From Actinomycetota bacterium (lineage in GTDB: Bacteria > Actinomycetota > UBA4738 > HRBIN12), in assembly GCA_039933515.1 (NCBI GenBank), contig JBDTNY010000129.1, forward strand, positions 9,254-73,253: DNA of 64,000 nucleotides, given 5' to 3'. A program made the translations under genes and the position numbers. The notes beneath the pieces are model-generated. The model was not told the DNA's origin, searched no databases, and worked only from the letters and a program-made list of their open reading frames with translations. How positions within the stretch are numbered: position 1 is the stretch's first letter; every line of letters starts with the position of its first letter. Of this stretch, positions 47,510 through 57,893 are shown one piece after another.

Positions 47510-48405
47510 CCACGCTCCGAATCGGCACCAGGCGCTCGGCGTTGGCCCTCGCCCAGGCCGAAGAGGTCGCCGCGCGTCTCGGCGCGCACGGAACGTCCGC
47601 CGAGATCGTGCCGATGAAGACCTCGGGCGATGAGGGCGCGGCGCCCGATGCCTCGCCCCAAGGCCTGAAAGGCCTGTGGATCGACACGATCCTCGACGCG
47701 CTCGAGGCCGGCGAGATCGACCTCGCCGTGCACTCGGCCAAAGACCTCCCCGCCGAGGATGACGACGGATTCGTGATCGGGGCGGTGCCCGAGCGCGCCG
47801 ATCCCCGCGACGTGCTGATCACGCGGGATGCACGCTTGAAACCCAATGCCGTGATCGGCACCTCGAGCCTGCGGCGCCGGGCCCAGCTGCTCGCCGCGTT
47901 CCCCGGTCTGTCGGTCGCCCCCTTGCGGGGCAACGTCGACACCCGGCTGCGCAAGCTCGCCGACGGCGAGGTCGACGCCGCCGTGCTCGCCGCCGCCGGA
48001 CTCTCGCGCCTCGGGATCGAGCCGGCGCACGCACGGCCGCTGGAGGCGGCCGAGATGGTGCCCGCCCCGGGCCAGGGGTGCCTGGCCCTGCAGTGCCGTG
48101 ACGACGACGACCGCACGATGGAGGCGCTCGCGCCCCTGGATCACCGGATTTCTCACCTGGCACTCGACGCGGAGCGGTCCTTGATGTGGCGCCTCGGCGG
48201 CGGCTGCGCGCTCCCCCTCGGGGCGTTCGCCACGGTCGACGGCGATGCCGTACGCCTGATCGCGATGATCGCCACGCCCGACGGCGCCCTCGTCCTGCGC
48301 GTGGACGAGACGGCCGGCACGCCGGAGGACGTGGCGGCGCTGGCGGCGCGCGCCCTGATCGCCGCGGGCGCCGAGGAGATCCTCGCCGAGGTCGGCGCCG
48401 GATGA
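47506..48405 (+). CDS. hemC: hydroxymethylbilane synthase (porphobilinogen deaminase)
   Basis: GTG start overlapping the hemA stop. Sequence reads LRIGTRRSALALAQA...HSAKDLP...RGNVDTRL...PAPGQG. Confidence 0.93.
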   Translation: MTTLRIGTRRSALALAQAEEVAARLGAHGTSAEIVPMKTSGDEGAAPDASPQGLKGLWIDTILDALEAGEIDLAVHSAKDLPAEDDDGFVIGAVPERADPRDVLITRDARLKPNAVIGTSSLRRRAQLLAAFPGLSVAPLRGNVDTRLRKLADGEVDAAVLAAAGLSRLGIEPAHARPLEAAEMVPAPGQGCLALQCRDDDDRTMEALAPLDHRISHLALDAERSLMWRLGGGCALPLGAFATVDGDAVRLIAMIATPDGALVLRVDETAGTPEDVAALAARALIAAGAEEILAEVGAG

Positions 48406-49220
48406 GCCCGACGGTCGCACCGCGACGGTCGCGGCGCGAGCCGCTCGAGGGATGCACGATCCTCGTCACCCGCCCAGCGGATCAGTCCGCGTCCCTCGTC
48501 GAACGGCTCGAACGTCGTGGCGCGCGCACGATCGTCGCGCCGGCGATCGAGATCGTCCCCGTCCGTTCCGCTGCGCTGACGCGGGGTCTGCGGGACCTTG
48601 CGGCCGGACGCTTCACCTGGATCACGATCACGAGTCGAGCGACCGTCGAGATGCTGGCGTCCCGCGTGGAGCCGGCGGACGTCCGAGCGAGGGTCGCCGT
48701 GATCGGCGAAGGAACGGCGGCCGCGTTCCGTTCGTGGTCGGGGCGCGACGTCGACCTGCAGCCGTCGACGTTCACCACGGTCGGGCTTGCGCACGCGTTC
48801 CCGAAGGGGATCGGGCGCGTGCTCTGCGCTCGCGCCGACATCGCGCCCGAGGGGCTGGAGGACGCGCTCGCCGCGAAAGGCTGGGCGCCCGAGCGCGTCG
48901 ACGCGTACCGCACCCGGATGCCGCGCTCGCTGCCTCTCGAGGCGCGCGATGCCTTGGCCGCGGGCGACGTCGACGCCGTCACCTTCACGAGTGCCTCGAC
49001 CGTGCGTGGATTCGTGGGCGCGCTCGGCGCGGTGCGCGGCGCGCCGAAGGTCGTGTGCATCGGCCCGGTGACCGCGAAGGAGGCGCGCGCCCACGGCCTC
49101 ACGGTGCATGCGGTGGCGAAACCGCATACGTTCATGGGCGTCGCCGACGCGGTCGAGCGGGCGCTGACGCCACGCTCGGCTCGCACTCCACGTCGCGACG
49201 CCGGTACGCTGCCGCGATGA
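48402..49220 (+). CDS. hemD: uroporphyrinogen-III synthase (stand-alone, not fused to cobA)
   Basis: ATGA overlap with hemC. Sequence reads ILVTRPADQSASL...WITITSRATVE...VTFTSASTVRGF. It is internal to track ORF 48186..49220. Confidence 0.85.
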   Translation: MSPTVAPRRSRREPLEGCTILVTRPADQSASLVERLERRGARTIVAPAIEIVPVRSAALTRGLRDLAAGRFTWITITSRATVEMLASRVEPADVRARVAVIGEGTAAAFRSWSGRDVDLQPSTFTTVGLAHAFPKGIGRVLCARADIAPEGLEDALAAKGWAPERVDAYRTRMPRSLPLEARDALAAGDVDAVTFTSASTVRGFVGALGAVRGAPKVVCIGPVTAKEARAHGLTVHAVAKPHTFMGVADAVERALTPRSARTPRRDAGTLPR

Positions 49221-50200
49221 CACTCCCGATCCGGCCTCGGCGCCTTCGTCGCACGCCCGCCTTGCGCGCGATGATGAAAGAGACCACCGTCGAGCCGCGG
49301 CAACTGATCGCGCCGTTGTTCGTGAAGGATGGGATCGCCGATCCCATACCGATCGCCTCGATGCCCGGCCAGCTCCAGCACACGCTCGGATCCCTGCGCA
49401 AGGAGGCGGTCGAGATCGCCGAGCGCGGCGTGCGCGCCTTCATGCTGTTCGGGGTGCCGGCGCACAAGGACGCAGAGGGTGCCGAGGCCTGGAACCCCGA
49501 GGGGATCGGGCAACGCGCGATCGCCACGCTCCGCGCGGAGTTCGGTGAAGACGCGGTCGTGATCGCCGATCTCTGCCTCGACGAGTACACGGACCACGGC
49601 CATTGCGGCGTGCTGAACGAGCGCGGCGAGGTCGAAAACGATCCGACGGTCGAGCGGTACGCGCGTATCGCGCTCGCCCAGGCTCAGGCCGGTGCGCATA
49701 TGGTCGGACCCAGCGGCATGATGGACGGCCAGGTGGGCGCGATCCGCGGAGCGCTCGACGGCGCCGGGCATACCGACGTGGCGATCATGGCCTACGCCGC
49801 GAAGTTCGCCTCCGCCCTGTACGGACCGTTCCGCGAGGCCGCCGAGGGGGCGCCGGCGTTCGGCGACCGGCAGGGGTACCAGCAGGACGTCGCGAACGCG
49901 GACGAGGCCCTGCGCGAGATCCGCGCCGATATCGAGCAGGGCGCCGATATCGTCATGGTGAAGCCCGCGCTCCCCTACCTCGACATCGTGCGCCGCGCGA
50001 AAGACGAGACGCGCTTCCCGATGGCCGCGTATCACGTGAGCGGCGAGTATTCGATGATCAAAGCCGCCGCGGCCAACGGCTGGATCGACGAGCGACGCGT
50101 CGTGCTCGAGGTGCTGACCTCGATCCGGCGGGCGGGCGCCGACCTCGTGCTCACCTACCACGCGAAGGACGCCGCGAGGTGGCTGGGAGAGGCGGACTGA
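49217..50200 (+). CDS. hemB: porphobilinogen synthase (delta-aminolevulinic acid dehydratase)
   Basis: ATGA overlap with hemD. Sequence reads RPRRLRRTPALRAMMKET...PSGMMDGQV...MVKPALPYLD...YHVSGEY. Confidence 0.95.
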   Translation: MTLPIRPRRLRRTPALRAMMKETTVEPRQLIAPLFVKDGIADPIPIASMPGQLQHTLGSLRKEAVEIAERGVRAFMLFGVPAHKDAEGAEAWNPEGIGQRAIATLRAEFGEDAVVIADLCLDEYTDHGHCGVLNERGEVENDPTVERYARIALAQAQAGAHMVGPSGMMDGQVGAIRGALDGAGHTDVAIMAYAAKFASALYGPFREAAEGAPAFGDRQGYQQDVANADEALREIRADIEQGADIVMVKPALPYLDIVRRAKDETRFPMAAYHVSGEYSMIKAAAANGWIDERRVVLEVLTSIRRAGADLVLTYHAKDAARWLGEAD

Positions 50201-50237
50201 TGCCGCAGTGCCCGACGCACGCCGTCACCACACAGGC

Positions 50238-51521
50238 ATGACCCGGTCCGACGATCTCTTCACGCGTGCGACCGAGGTGATCCCGGGCGGGGTGGATTCC
50301 CCGGTTCGTGCGTTCGGCGGTGTCGGTGGCACGCCACGGTTCGCGGCCCGAGGCGAGGGCCCATGGATCGTCGACGCCGATGGGAACCGTTACGTGGACT
50401 TGGTGCAGTCGTGGGGCGCGCTGCTCTTCGGCCATGCGCACCCGGCGATCGTCGAGTCGGCGCGCCGGGCGGCGTCCAACGGCACGACGTTCGGCGCGCC
50501 CACCGAGGGCGAGGTCGAGCTCGCCGAACGCATCGTCGATGCCGTGCCCTCGATCGACCAGGTGCGCCTTGTCTCGAGCGGCACCGAGGCCGCGATGAGC
50601 GCGATCCGGCTCGCACGGGGCGCCACCGGCCGCGATCTGCTCCTCAAGTTCGAGGGCTGCTACCACGGTCACTCCGACTCGCTGCTCGCGAAGGGCGGCG
50701 GGAGCGGGCTCGCGACGCTCGGCATCCCGTCGTCGCCGGGGGTGACCGAGGGCGCCGCGAAGGACACGATCACCGCGCCGTTCAACGATCTCGAGGCGGT
50801 ACGGGCCGTGTTCTCCGAGCGCGGGCGCGACATCGCTGTGGTGGCCGTGGAGCCCGTGGCCGCGAATATGGGCGTCGTGCCGCCGGCACCCGGGTTCCTC
50901 GAGGGGCTCCGCGCGGTCTGCGACGCGCACGGCGCGCTGCTCTTGTTCGACGAGGTGATCACCGGGTTCCGTATCGCGTACGGCGGCGCACAGACCCATT
51001 ACGGCGTGACGCCCGACCTCACCGCCCTCGGCAAGGTGATGGGTGGCGGGTTCCCGTGCGCGGCGTTCGGAGGGCGGCGCGACGTGATGGCCCAGCTCGC
51101 GCCGAGCGGGCCGGTGTACCAGGCTGGGACGCTGAGCGGGAACCCGGTCGCGGTCGCCGCCGGGATCGCGGCGCTCGACCTGGCGCGAACGTTGGATCCG
51201 TACCCGCACCTGGAGTCCGCCGCCGACGCCTTGATCGGGGGTCTGGCCGACGGATTCGCGGACGCAGGGATCCCGGTGACGATCAACCGAGCGGGGTCGC
51301 TCTTCAGCGTGTTCTTCACCGGCGAAGCCGGCGAGGCGATCGCCGACTTCGCCGGGGCCACCGCCGCGGACCACGGGCGGTTCGCCCGCTTCTTCCACCA
51401 CATGCTCGCCGGCGGGGTCTGGCTGCCACCCAGCGGGTATGAATTGTGGACGCTGTCCGCGACGCTCGGCCCCGACGAAATCGGACGGGTGATCGAGACC
51501 GCCGCGTCGTTCCGCGCCTGA
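50238..51521 (+). CDS. hemL: glutamate-1-semialdehyde 2,1-aminomutase
   Basis: Sequence reads LFTRATEVIPGGVDSPVRAF...SGTEAAMSAIRLARG...FDEVITGFR...LGKVMGGG. Confidence 0.95.
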   Translation: MTRSDDLFTRATEVIPGGVDSPVRAFGGVGGTPRFAARGEGPWIVDADGNRYVDLVQSWGALLFGHAHPAIVESARRAASNGTTFGAPTEGEVELAERIVDAVPSIDQVRLVSSGTEAAMSAIRLARGATGRDLLLKFEGCYHGHSDSLLAKGGGSGLATLGIPSSPGVTEGAAKDTITAPFNDLEAVRAVFSERGRDIAVVAVEPVAANMGVVPPAPGFLEGLRAVCDAHGALLLFDEVITGFRIAYGGAQTHYGVTPDLTALGKVMGGGFPCAAFGGRRDVMAQLAPSGPVYQAGTLSGNPVAVAAGIAALDLARTLDPYPHLESAADALIGGLADGFADAGIPVTINRAGSLFSVFFTGEAGEAIADFAGATAADHGRFARFFHHMLAGGVWLPPSGYELWTLSATLGPDEIGRVIETAASFRA

Positions 51522-51529
51522 CCGCGCGG

Positions 51530-51988
51530 CTACGCGGCGTACGCGACGTCGAGCGGGCGCGACTCGGGATCGCGCACGTCGATGTCCTCGACCTCCATCG
51601 CGAGGCAGAAGGTGCCGGTGACGCGATCGATCACGTCATGCGTCGGCGCCACCTCGCATCGCACGGTTCCGCGCTCCCCACGGAGCGTGAACCCCATGGT
51701 CTCCCCATTCAGCGCGGCCACGTGGGCCTCCAGGATCTCCAGGTTGGGACCTTCCATCCCGAACAGTTCGAGCAAGCCCCGGCCTTCGCACTTGGAGAAC
51801 GGGACTCCGATGATCTGGGTCGCCGCTCCGGTCACGGTGCGCAGTCGCAAGGCGGTGTCGGTGGTCCAGAAGAACACCGGCCTCCCTGCGGCTACCGCCG
51901 CGATCGTCTCGGCGCCCTGGAACCGCTTCCGAGGTGGAGGCGGGGTCGGCACCGTATCTGTGATGCCGAAGAGTTCCCACTGCCGCAT
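51530..51988 (-). CDS. stand-alone PAS-like small protein (hypothetical)
   Basis: A strong AGGAGG lies 8 nt upstream of ATG 51988 (MRQWELFG...), which is shorter than track ORF 51530..52072. The PAS-like core reads FFWTTDTALRLRTVTGAATQIIG...LEAHVAALNGE. Confidence 0.55.
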   Translation of the reverse strand: MRQWELFGITDTVPTPPPPRKRFQGAETIAAVAAGRPVFFWTTDTALRLRTVTGAATQIIGVPFSKCEGRGLLELFGMEGPNLEILEAHVAALNGETMGFTLRGERGTVRCEVAPTHDVIDRVTGTFCLAMEVEDIDVRDPESRPLDVAYAA

Positions 51989-52156
51989 CGATCTCACCCC
52001 TCCTGAGGTTCGTCGGTCACTACCTGATTTCGGGTAATGGAGGGGTTCCAGCGCATAGGGCGATGGGACCATTTCACAGGTCGGTCACGAGCCGACGCCG
52101 GCGTCGGCACGCGGCCTAGGGCCGGGGCGGGCGGCCGGGCACTAGGCTCGGTCACC

Positions 52157-53068
52157 ATGAGTAGCCCGCTCGACGACTTCAAAGCGTCCACCCGCGCCCG
52201 GATCGGACCCGACGCCGAGCCCTGGGTACGCCGCGTGCCGCGCTTCCTCCGGGAGCTCAAGGCCCGCTGGTCGCTCCAACTCGGCGAGGTGTTCACGGGC
52301 AGCTCGAACGGCTACGTCGTGACGGCCGATCGCGCCGGCAGCGAACCGGTGGTGGTGAAGCTCGGGTATCCCGACGGGTGGTTCGCGGACCAGACTCGAG
52401 CGATCGGCGAGGCGGGCGGCGACGGGATGGTGCGGCTACTCGACGACGACCCGGGTGGTGCCCAGCTACTGGAGCGGGCGATGCCGGGGGCCTCGCTGCT
52501 CGACATCCGCGACGAGCCCGAGGCGAACGAGATCGCCGCCGGCGTGATGCGACGGCTCTGGCGCCCCGCCCCCGCCGGGTTCGTGACGGTCGCCGAGGAG
52601 GCGACCCGCTGGGCCGGGTCGATGCCGCTACGCCACGTCGAACAGATGGCACCGTTCGAACGACCGTTGCTCGACCTGGCCGTCGAGACGCTTCGGGACC
52701 TGGTCGCCACCCAGCGGGAGCCGGTGCTGCTGCACGGCGACCTCCACGACGGGAACATCCTGGCGGCCGACCGCGAGGCCTGGCTCGCGATCGGTCCCAA
52801 ACCGCTCGTCGGCGAGCGGGAGTTCGACATCGCCGCGCTCATGCGGGCCCGGCGCGAAGACGTGCTCGCCGACCCCGATCCCCACGATCGACTCCAGCGC
52901 CGCTTCGACCAGCTGTGTGACCTGTTCGGCTGCGACCGGCAACGCCTGCGGGATTGGTCGTTCGCGATCCTCGTGGACTACGCGCTCTGGGACTTCGAGG
53001 CGAACGCCCGCACGGCCGGGAGCGACGGGATCCAGCTGGCCCGCCTCGTGCGGAGCCTCGAGGTCTAA
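52157..53068 (+). CDS. aminoglycoside phosphotransferase family kinase (APH(6)/StrB-like)
   Basis: Internal ATG (MSSPLDD). The catalytic loop is LLHGDLHDGNIL, followed by downstream IGPKP..GEREFD. Confidence 0.75.
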   Translation: MSSPLDDFKASTRARIGPDAEPWVRRVPRFLRELKARWSLQLGEVFTGSSNGYVVTADRAGSEPVVVKLGYPDGWFADQTRAIGEAGGDGMVRLLDDDPGGAQLLERAMPGASLLDIRDEPEANEIAAGVMRRLWRPAPAGFVTVAEEATRWAGSMPLRHVEQMAPFERPLLDLAVETLRDLVATQREPVLLHGDLHDGNILAADREAWLAIGPKPLVGEREFDIAALMRARREDVLADPDPHDRLQRRFDQLCDLFGCDRQRLRDWSFAILVDYALWDFEANARTAGSDGIQLARLVRSLEV

Positions 53069-53129
53069 GGTTTCCACCGCTCCCCCCGCTACGTAGTCAC
53101 AAGTAGTCCGTGGGAGCTACATTCGAAGG

Positions 53130-54458
53130 ATGCACATCCTCCGGCGTTGGTTCGCCGTCTCCGCCGCCGGCCTCGTCGCGGCGCTCTCGCTCGTTCCGAC
53201 CGGGGCGAGCGCCGGCACGCTCCCGTGCCCGGCGCTGGGACCACTTCAGCAGACCGGCACGCTCGGACAGGCCGCGGGCGAACCGACGAACGCCACGATC
53301 GGGATCTCGGGGCTCGCGGTGTCCCGCTTCGACTCCGAGACAACGGGCGAGCAGATCGCGTGGGCGGTCGGTGACCGTTCCGCGAACGAGCTGGCTGGCA
53401 CCGACGAGGTGTTCCTGTTCGGCCTCGACGCCCGTGATGGAAGTCTGGCGATCCGCTACCCGCTCGACCCGGCCGGCTTCCAGGACGACCCCGTGGAGCC
53501 GACGGCGGACACGATCACGAAGCTCGGACAGACCATGAATCCGATCCCGGACTTCGAAGACCTCTCGATCGAGGACGCCTCGCGCGGTCCTGGTCAGATC
53601 TGGCTGTTCGACACGGGCGACAACGGGGGGTCCAGGAGCACGCTGAACGCTTACGTCGTCGGCGAACCCGATCTGTCCGGCGAGCCGCCGGTCACCGCGC
53701 GCGTTGGCGCGGGCATGTCGGCCACGACCGTGGCGCTCGGGAAACGGCCTTCGCCTTCGCCTTCGCCTTCGCCTTCGCCTTCGCCTTCGCCTTCGCCTTC
53801 GCCGAGCACGGTGCCCGGGCCTTCGTTCCTGACGTCGCATCCGGCCCTCGACGGCGCGCTCACCGGGCAGGTCCTTCCCGTCGTGCGCTACCCGATCCGC
53901 CTCATGAAGGGCGGAGTGCCGGTCACGCCCAACGTTGAGGCGGCGTTCGTCGACACGGGGAACGCCGGCACGGGATCCGCCCCCGTCTACCTGATCGCGA
54001 AGTCGCCCGTCGACGCCGACGGCGACGGCGTGCGAACCGACTTCAGGATCTTCCGATTCACGACCAGGAACACGGCCGCATCCGGACTCACGAACGACGC
54101 GCTCTATGTCGGCACGATCTCGTTCGCCCAAGCAGACCTGAAGGTCACGGCGGCATCGATCCTGGATGACGGCTCGGCGCTCGTGGTGCGCGCGGTGAAC
54201 GGTGGGAGCCTGCGGCCCGACCTGGACGTGGTGGGTCTGTGGTGGCGCGCCGCGGGCACGACCATCGAGAGCGAGATCGTCCTGCGGCCGACCCCCGACT
54301 GTCGCTGGTCGTTGAACTCGGCACCCGATTCGAGCTCGGAGGAGACGATCGCCTTCGACCTCACCGATGCGACAGGCGCGGGCTTCGAGGGGTTCGTTTG
54401 GACCCACGACATCCGCGGTGTTGCGGCGCCGTACTTCACCGCCCCCCGGACGGGTTGA
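53130..54458 (+). CDS. secreted hypothetical protein with central (Pro-Ser)9 linker
   Basis: Signal peptide MHILRRWFAVSAAGLVAALSLVPTGASA. Two beta-rich halves are joined by RPSPSPSPSPSPSPSPSPSPST. Confidence 0.65.
   Translation: MHILRRWFAVSAAGLVAALSLVPTGASAGTLPCPALGPLQQTGTLGQAAGEPTNATIGISGLAVSRFDSETTGEQIAWAVGDRSANELAGTDEVFLFGLDARDGSLAIRYPLDPAGFQDDPVEPTADTITKLGQTMNPIPDFEDLSIEDASRGPGQIWLFDTGDNGGSRSTLNAYVVGEPDLSGEPPVTARVGAGMSATTVALGKRPSPSPSPSPSPSPSPSPSPSTVPGPSFLTSHPALDGALTGQVLPVVRYPIRLMKGGVPVTPNVEAAFVDTGNAGTGSAPVYLIAKSPVDADGDGVRTDFRIFRFTTRNTAASGLTNDALYVGTISFAQADLKVTAASILDDGSALVVRAVNGGSLRPDLDVVGLWWRAAGTTIESEIVLRPTPDCRWSLNSAPDSSSEETIAFDLTDATGAGFEGFVWTHDIRGVAAPYFTAPRTG
53747..53800 (+). repeat. 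perfect tandem hexanucleotide repeat (CCTTCG) x 9, in frame, encodes (PS)9
   Basis: Counted directly: 54 nt with no interruption. Confidence 0.95.
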
Positions 54459-54460
54459 CG

Positions 54461-56218
54461 CTAGGCACGCGGCGCCGAGATCGTCCGCGGCACGAGCGAC
54501 ACGGTGGCGAACGCTCCGGTTTCGGGATCGAGCACGAGCCGCAGATCGACGGTCCCGCGGTCGCCTCTGAGCTCCACCGTGACGTCGATGACGCCGTCGC
54601 CTCGGATCGCCGGGCCGGCCTCGAGGGGCCCGAACAACGCCGAGGCAGCGCGGAGCGAACGGTCGACCGCCTCCCGATCGAACTCGCCGGCGAGCGGAAG
54701 CTCGTCGGGCCACTCCGGGGCGGGAAGGCCCGAGAGCACCGCCACCCTGCGGATCGCCTCGGCCATGGCCGGGGACGGGTCCATCACCGACCGAAGCGCG
54801 AACGACTGCACACGAGGAGGGCGTTCCCCCGTCATCAAGATCTCGACCCGCACCCGCCCCCCGCGAGCTCCGCGCAGCCACCACACTTGATGCGCCGGCG
54901 AGTCTGACTCCTCCGGCAGGTCCGGGTCGGGAGAGAGCGCGCCGTGGCGTTCCCGGATCCGCTCGATCTCGGTGCGCCGCCGATCGAGAGGGTCGTCGAG
55001 GTGCACGTTGGACGCGAACACCTCGGTGGCCAGGTCGAGATCCCACGAGCGCAACAGACCCTCCATCTGAGCCCGCGCGGTGCGCGTGGCCTCCCAGGGG
55101 ATCACGGAGCGGATCGGAGCGGACTCCCGTGTGACCAGCGCGGTGAGCGCCTCCGCGGCATACGTCGACATCGGGGCGTAGGTCCGGTTCCCGAGCGCGA
55201 CGACCCCCACGCCCGAACCGGGGTGCCACCGCATGTGCGACCCGAACCCCGGGTACCCGCCGCTATGACCTACGAGGTGCCCGAGTCGGAGATCGTGCGA
55301 CACGAAGAGGCCGAGGCCGTAGCCGCCACTGATCAGCTCGGGCCTCGAGTCCGTCGACGTACGGCGGAGCTCAGGCTCGAACGACCGATGGACCTGCTGC
55401 ATCTCCCGACGAGAGGCCCGGGACAGCGGGTGGGACCCTTCGGCCTGATCACGGGGCGGGAACGCGTCGGCGAACCCCACCACCCATGTCGCGAGATCGC
55501 GCACCGAGCTGAAGATGCCGCCCATCGAGGCGAGGGCCCCGTACCCGTCGAACGGCTCCTCGACGAAGGAGTCGTCGCGCCGGACGTACCCGACCGCGAC
55601 CCGGTCCGGCGGCACCTGCCCGGCGGTGTAGACGGTGGCGCCCATCCCGAGAGGATCGAGCAGTCGGGCTCGCACGAGGTCCCGATACTCGGTGCCGCCG
55701 ACGTTCGTGAGTACGCGCCCGAGCATCCCGTAGCCCAGGTTGGAGTACTCGAAGATGGTGCCCGGCGCCCAGGCGGCCTCGAAGCCGCCGGAGAGCAACC
55801 CGGCGAAGCGCTCGAGATCCATGCCCTGCAGGCGGTCTCCCCAAGGGTCGTCCGTGGGCAGACCGCCCGCCATCGTCAGCAGATGCTGCACCGTGACGGG
55901 GGGCGAGTCGGCGGTGGGACCGCGCAGTGTCGCAAGCTCGGGCACGTAGGTCGCCACGGGCTCGTCGAACCGTAATACGCCCTCGTCGCGCAACAGGACG
56001 GCGACCGACGCCGTGAAGCTTTTCGTCATCGACGCGATGCGGAACACACTGTCGGCATCAGGCACACGCTCCTCGCCGTCGCGGAGCGTCCCGAGCCCGC
56101 GCGCATGCACGAGGTCGCCCCCGATCACGACGCCGTACGACATGCCCGGGATCGTGCCCATGGCCGCGGCTCGGTCGAAGATCGCGTCGACCTCACGGAG
56201 TGCGTCGTCGATGCCCAT
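54461..56218 (-). CDS. beta-lactamase-family serine hydrolase with about 200-aa C-terminal extension
   Basis: The SxxK motif is IASMTKSF, and YSNLGY is present. It is 585 aa. Confidence 0.85.
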   Translation of the reverse strand: MGIDDALREVDAIFDRAAAMGTIPGMSYGVVIGGDLVHARGLGTLRDGEERVPDADSVFRIASMTKSFTASVAVLLRDEGVLRFDEPVATYVPELATLRGPTADSPPVTVQHLLTMAGGLPTDDPWGDRLQGMDLERFAGLLSGGFEAAWAPGTIFEYSNLGYGMLGRVLTNVGGTEYRDLVRARLLDPLGMGATVYTAGQVPPDRVAVGYVRRDDSFVEEPFDGYGALASMGGIFSSVRDLATWVVGFADAFPPRDQAEGSHPLSRASRREMQQVHRSFEPELRRTSTDSRPELISGGYGLGLFVSHDLRLGHLVGHSGGYPGFGSHMRWHPGSGVGVVALGNRTYAPMSTYAAEALTALVTRESAPIRSVIPWEATRTARAQMEGLLRSWDLDLATEVFASNVHLDDPLDRRRTEIERIRERHGALSPDPDLPEESDSPAHQVWWLRGARGGRVRVEILMTGERPPRVQSFALRSVMDPSPAMAEAIRRVAVLSGLPAPEWPDELPLAGEFDREAVDRSLRAASALFGPLEAGPAIRGDGVIDVTVELRGDRGTVDLRLVLDPETGAFATVSLVPRTISAPRA

Positions 56219-56258
56219 GGCCGAGGACTATCCCACGCCGGGATCGGCCCGGCGCGCG

Positions 56259-57893
56259 CTAGGCCTTCAGCTTCTTCAAGGCCTTGTCCGCCAGGATCTC
56301 GCGCACGCAGTGGTGGCCGGGCATCCCCGTGACACCGCCGCCCGCGTGGGTCGCGCTGCTCGCCTGGTACAGCCCGACGATCGGGGTGCGGTAGTCGGCG
56401 TACCCCGGCGCCGGCCGCATGTGGAAGAGCTGATCGACCGAGAGTTCCCCGTGGAAGATGTTCCCGCCGATCAGGCCCCACTCGTCCTGCATCTGTTTAG
56501 GTCCGATCACCTGCCGGTACATGATCGAGCGCTTGAAGTTCGGGGCGACATCGTTCACGCGCTCGATCAGACGATCGGCGTAGGCATCGAGGTCGGCCTC
56601 GTGCCCGTCCTCATCGGCCCACTCGTGGGGCACCCATTGGGTGAACATCGATACCACGTGCACGCCCTCGGGCGCGAGCGTCTTGTCCGCCACCGTGGGG
56701 ATCGCCGTGTCGCTGAACGGCAGCGTCGCCGCCTCGCCGAACCGCGCCTGTTGGAAGGCGCGCTCCAGGTAGTCGACGTCGTCGAGGATCTGGATCGCCC
56801 CGCCATGGATCGACGGGTCGAACCCTGGGTCGGCCGTGAAGTTCGGGAGCTCGCTCACAGCGAGGTTGATCTTCACGGTGCCACTCCGGGTCTTCCAGTG
56901 CTCGATATCGTGGACGAACTCGACCGGAAGCTCAGAGGCCGAGAGATGCTGCAGGAAGGTGATCTTCGGGTGAACCGCGGTGACCACCACCGGTGCCGAC
57001 AGCTCTTCTCCGTTGTCCAGCACGACGCCTCGGGCGCGTCCGTTCGACGTCGTGATCCTGCCCACCCGCGCATTCGTGCGGATCTCGGCGCCGAAGAACC
57101 GCGCCGACTCCTCGCACGCTCGGCCGACCGCACCCATGCCACCTTCGGGATAGCCCCAGCTCGCGATCTGGCCGTCGCCGATGTCGCCGACGGAGTGGTG
57201 CATCAGCACGTACGCGGTGCCCGGGGCGTCAGGACCGGCCCACGTGCCGATGATCCCGTTCACCGCCATGAACCCCTTGAGCACCGGCGACTCGAACCAA
57301 CGGTCGAGCAGGTCGGTGGCGCTCATCGTGAACAGCCGGGTGATGTCGGCGACGCGACGCTCGTCGATCTCCTTGCGTAGGTGCCATCCGAGCTGCGCAA
57401 CATCCTTGAGGTCCCGCGCCTTCTTCGAGCCCAGGTGCGACGGTGTCTGCATCAGCAGTGGCCCCAGGATGTTCGCGATGCCGCCGATCCACTCCTCGAA
57501 CTCGAAGTACGCATCGGCGTCCTTCTTCGAGAACTGCGCCACCGACGCGCGGGTCTTCTCCGGGTCTTCGTGCTGCACGATCGACCGGCCACTGGGGTGC
57601 GGGAGGTACCCCATGCCCTGGGGGTGCACCTTGTAGCCGAACCGCTCGAGCTGCAGGTCGCGTTGGATCGTCGGCGGCATCAGGCTCATCACGTAGCTCA
57701 GTGTGGTGACGCGGATGTCGGGCGCCTCGGGCCAGGGAGCCATCGTGTCGGCTGCACCGCCCGTCTTGTGCCGCGCCTCGAGCACGACTGTGCGGGCGCC
57801 GTGCTTGGCCAGGTACGCGGCAGCGACGAGACCGTTGTGGCCCCCGCCCACCACGATCGCGTCGTACCGGTTGGTGTCGCGCTGCGTGACCAT
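56259..57893 (-). CDS. phytoene desaturase-family NAD(P)/FAD-dependent oxidoreductase (CrtI-like)
   Basis: Sequence reads YDAIVVGGGHNGLVAAAYLAKHGARTVVLEARHKTGG, with C-terminal GGGVTGMPG. Confidence 0.85.
   Translation of the reverse strand: MVTQRDTNRYDAIVVGGGHNGLVAAAYLAKHGARTVVLEARHKTGGAADTMAPWPEAPDIRVTTLSYVMSLMPPTIQRDLQLERFGYKVHPQGMGYLPHPSGRSIVQHEDPEKTRASVAQFSKKDADAYFEFEEWIGGIANILGPLLMQTPSHLGSKKARDLKDVAQLGWHLRKEIDERRVADITRLFTMSATDLLDRWFESPVLKGFMAVNGIIGTWAGPDAPGTAYVLMHHSVGDIGDGQIASWGYPEGGMGAVGRACEESARFFGAEIRTNARVGRITTSNGRARGVVLDNGEELSAPVVVTAVHPKITFLQHLSASELPVEFVHDIEHWKTRSGTVKINLAVSELPNFTADPGFDPSIHGGAIQILDDVDYLERAFQQARFGEAATLPFSDTAIPTVADKTLAPEGVHVVSMFTQWVPHEWADEDGHEADLDAYADRLIERVNDVAPNFKRSIMYRQVIGPKQMQDEWGLIGGNIFHGELSVDQLFHMRPAPGYADYRTPIVGLYQASSATHAGGGVTGMPGHHCVREILADKALKKLKA

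Noticed and set aside
53747-53800. Short direct repeats checked as a possible CRISPR array
   Set aside because: The 6-nt units are contiguous without spacers and lie inside a CDS, so this is a microsatellite. No CRISPR-like repeat-spacer structure was seen anywhere in the window.
53097-55229. 710-aa minus-strand ORF containing a long poly-Arg run
   Set aside because: It is antisense to the secreted PS-linker protein and out of frame with the serine hydrolase. The poly-Arg is simply the reverse reading of the (CCTTCG)9 repeat.
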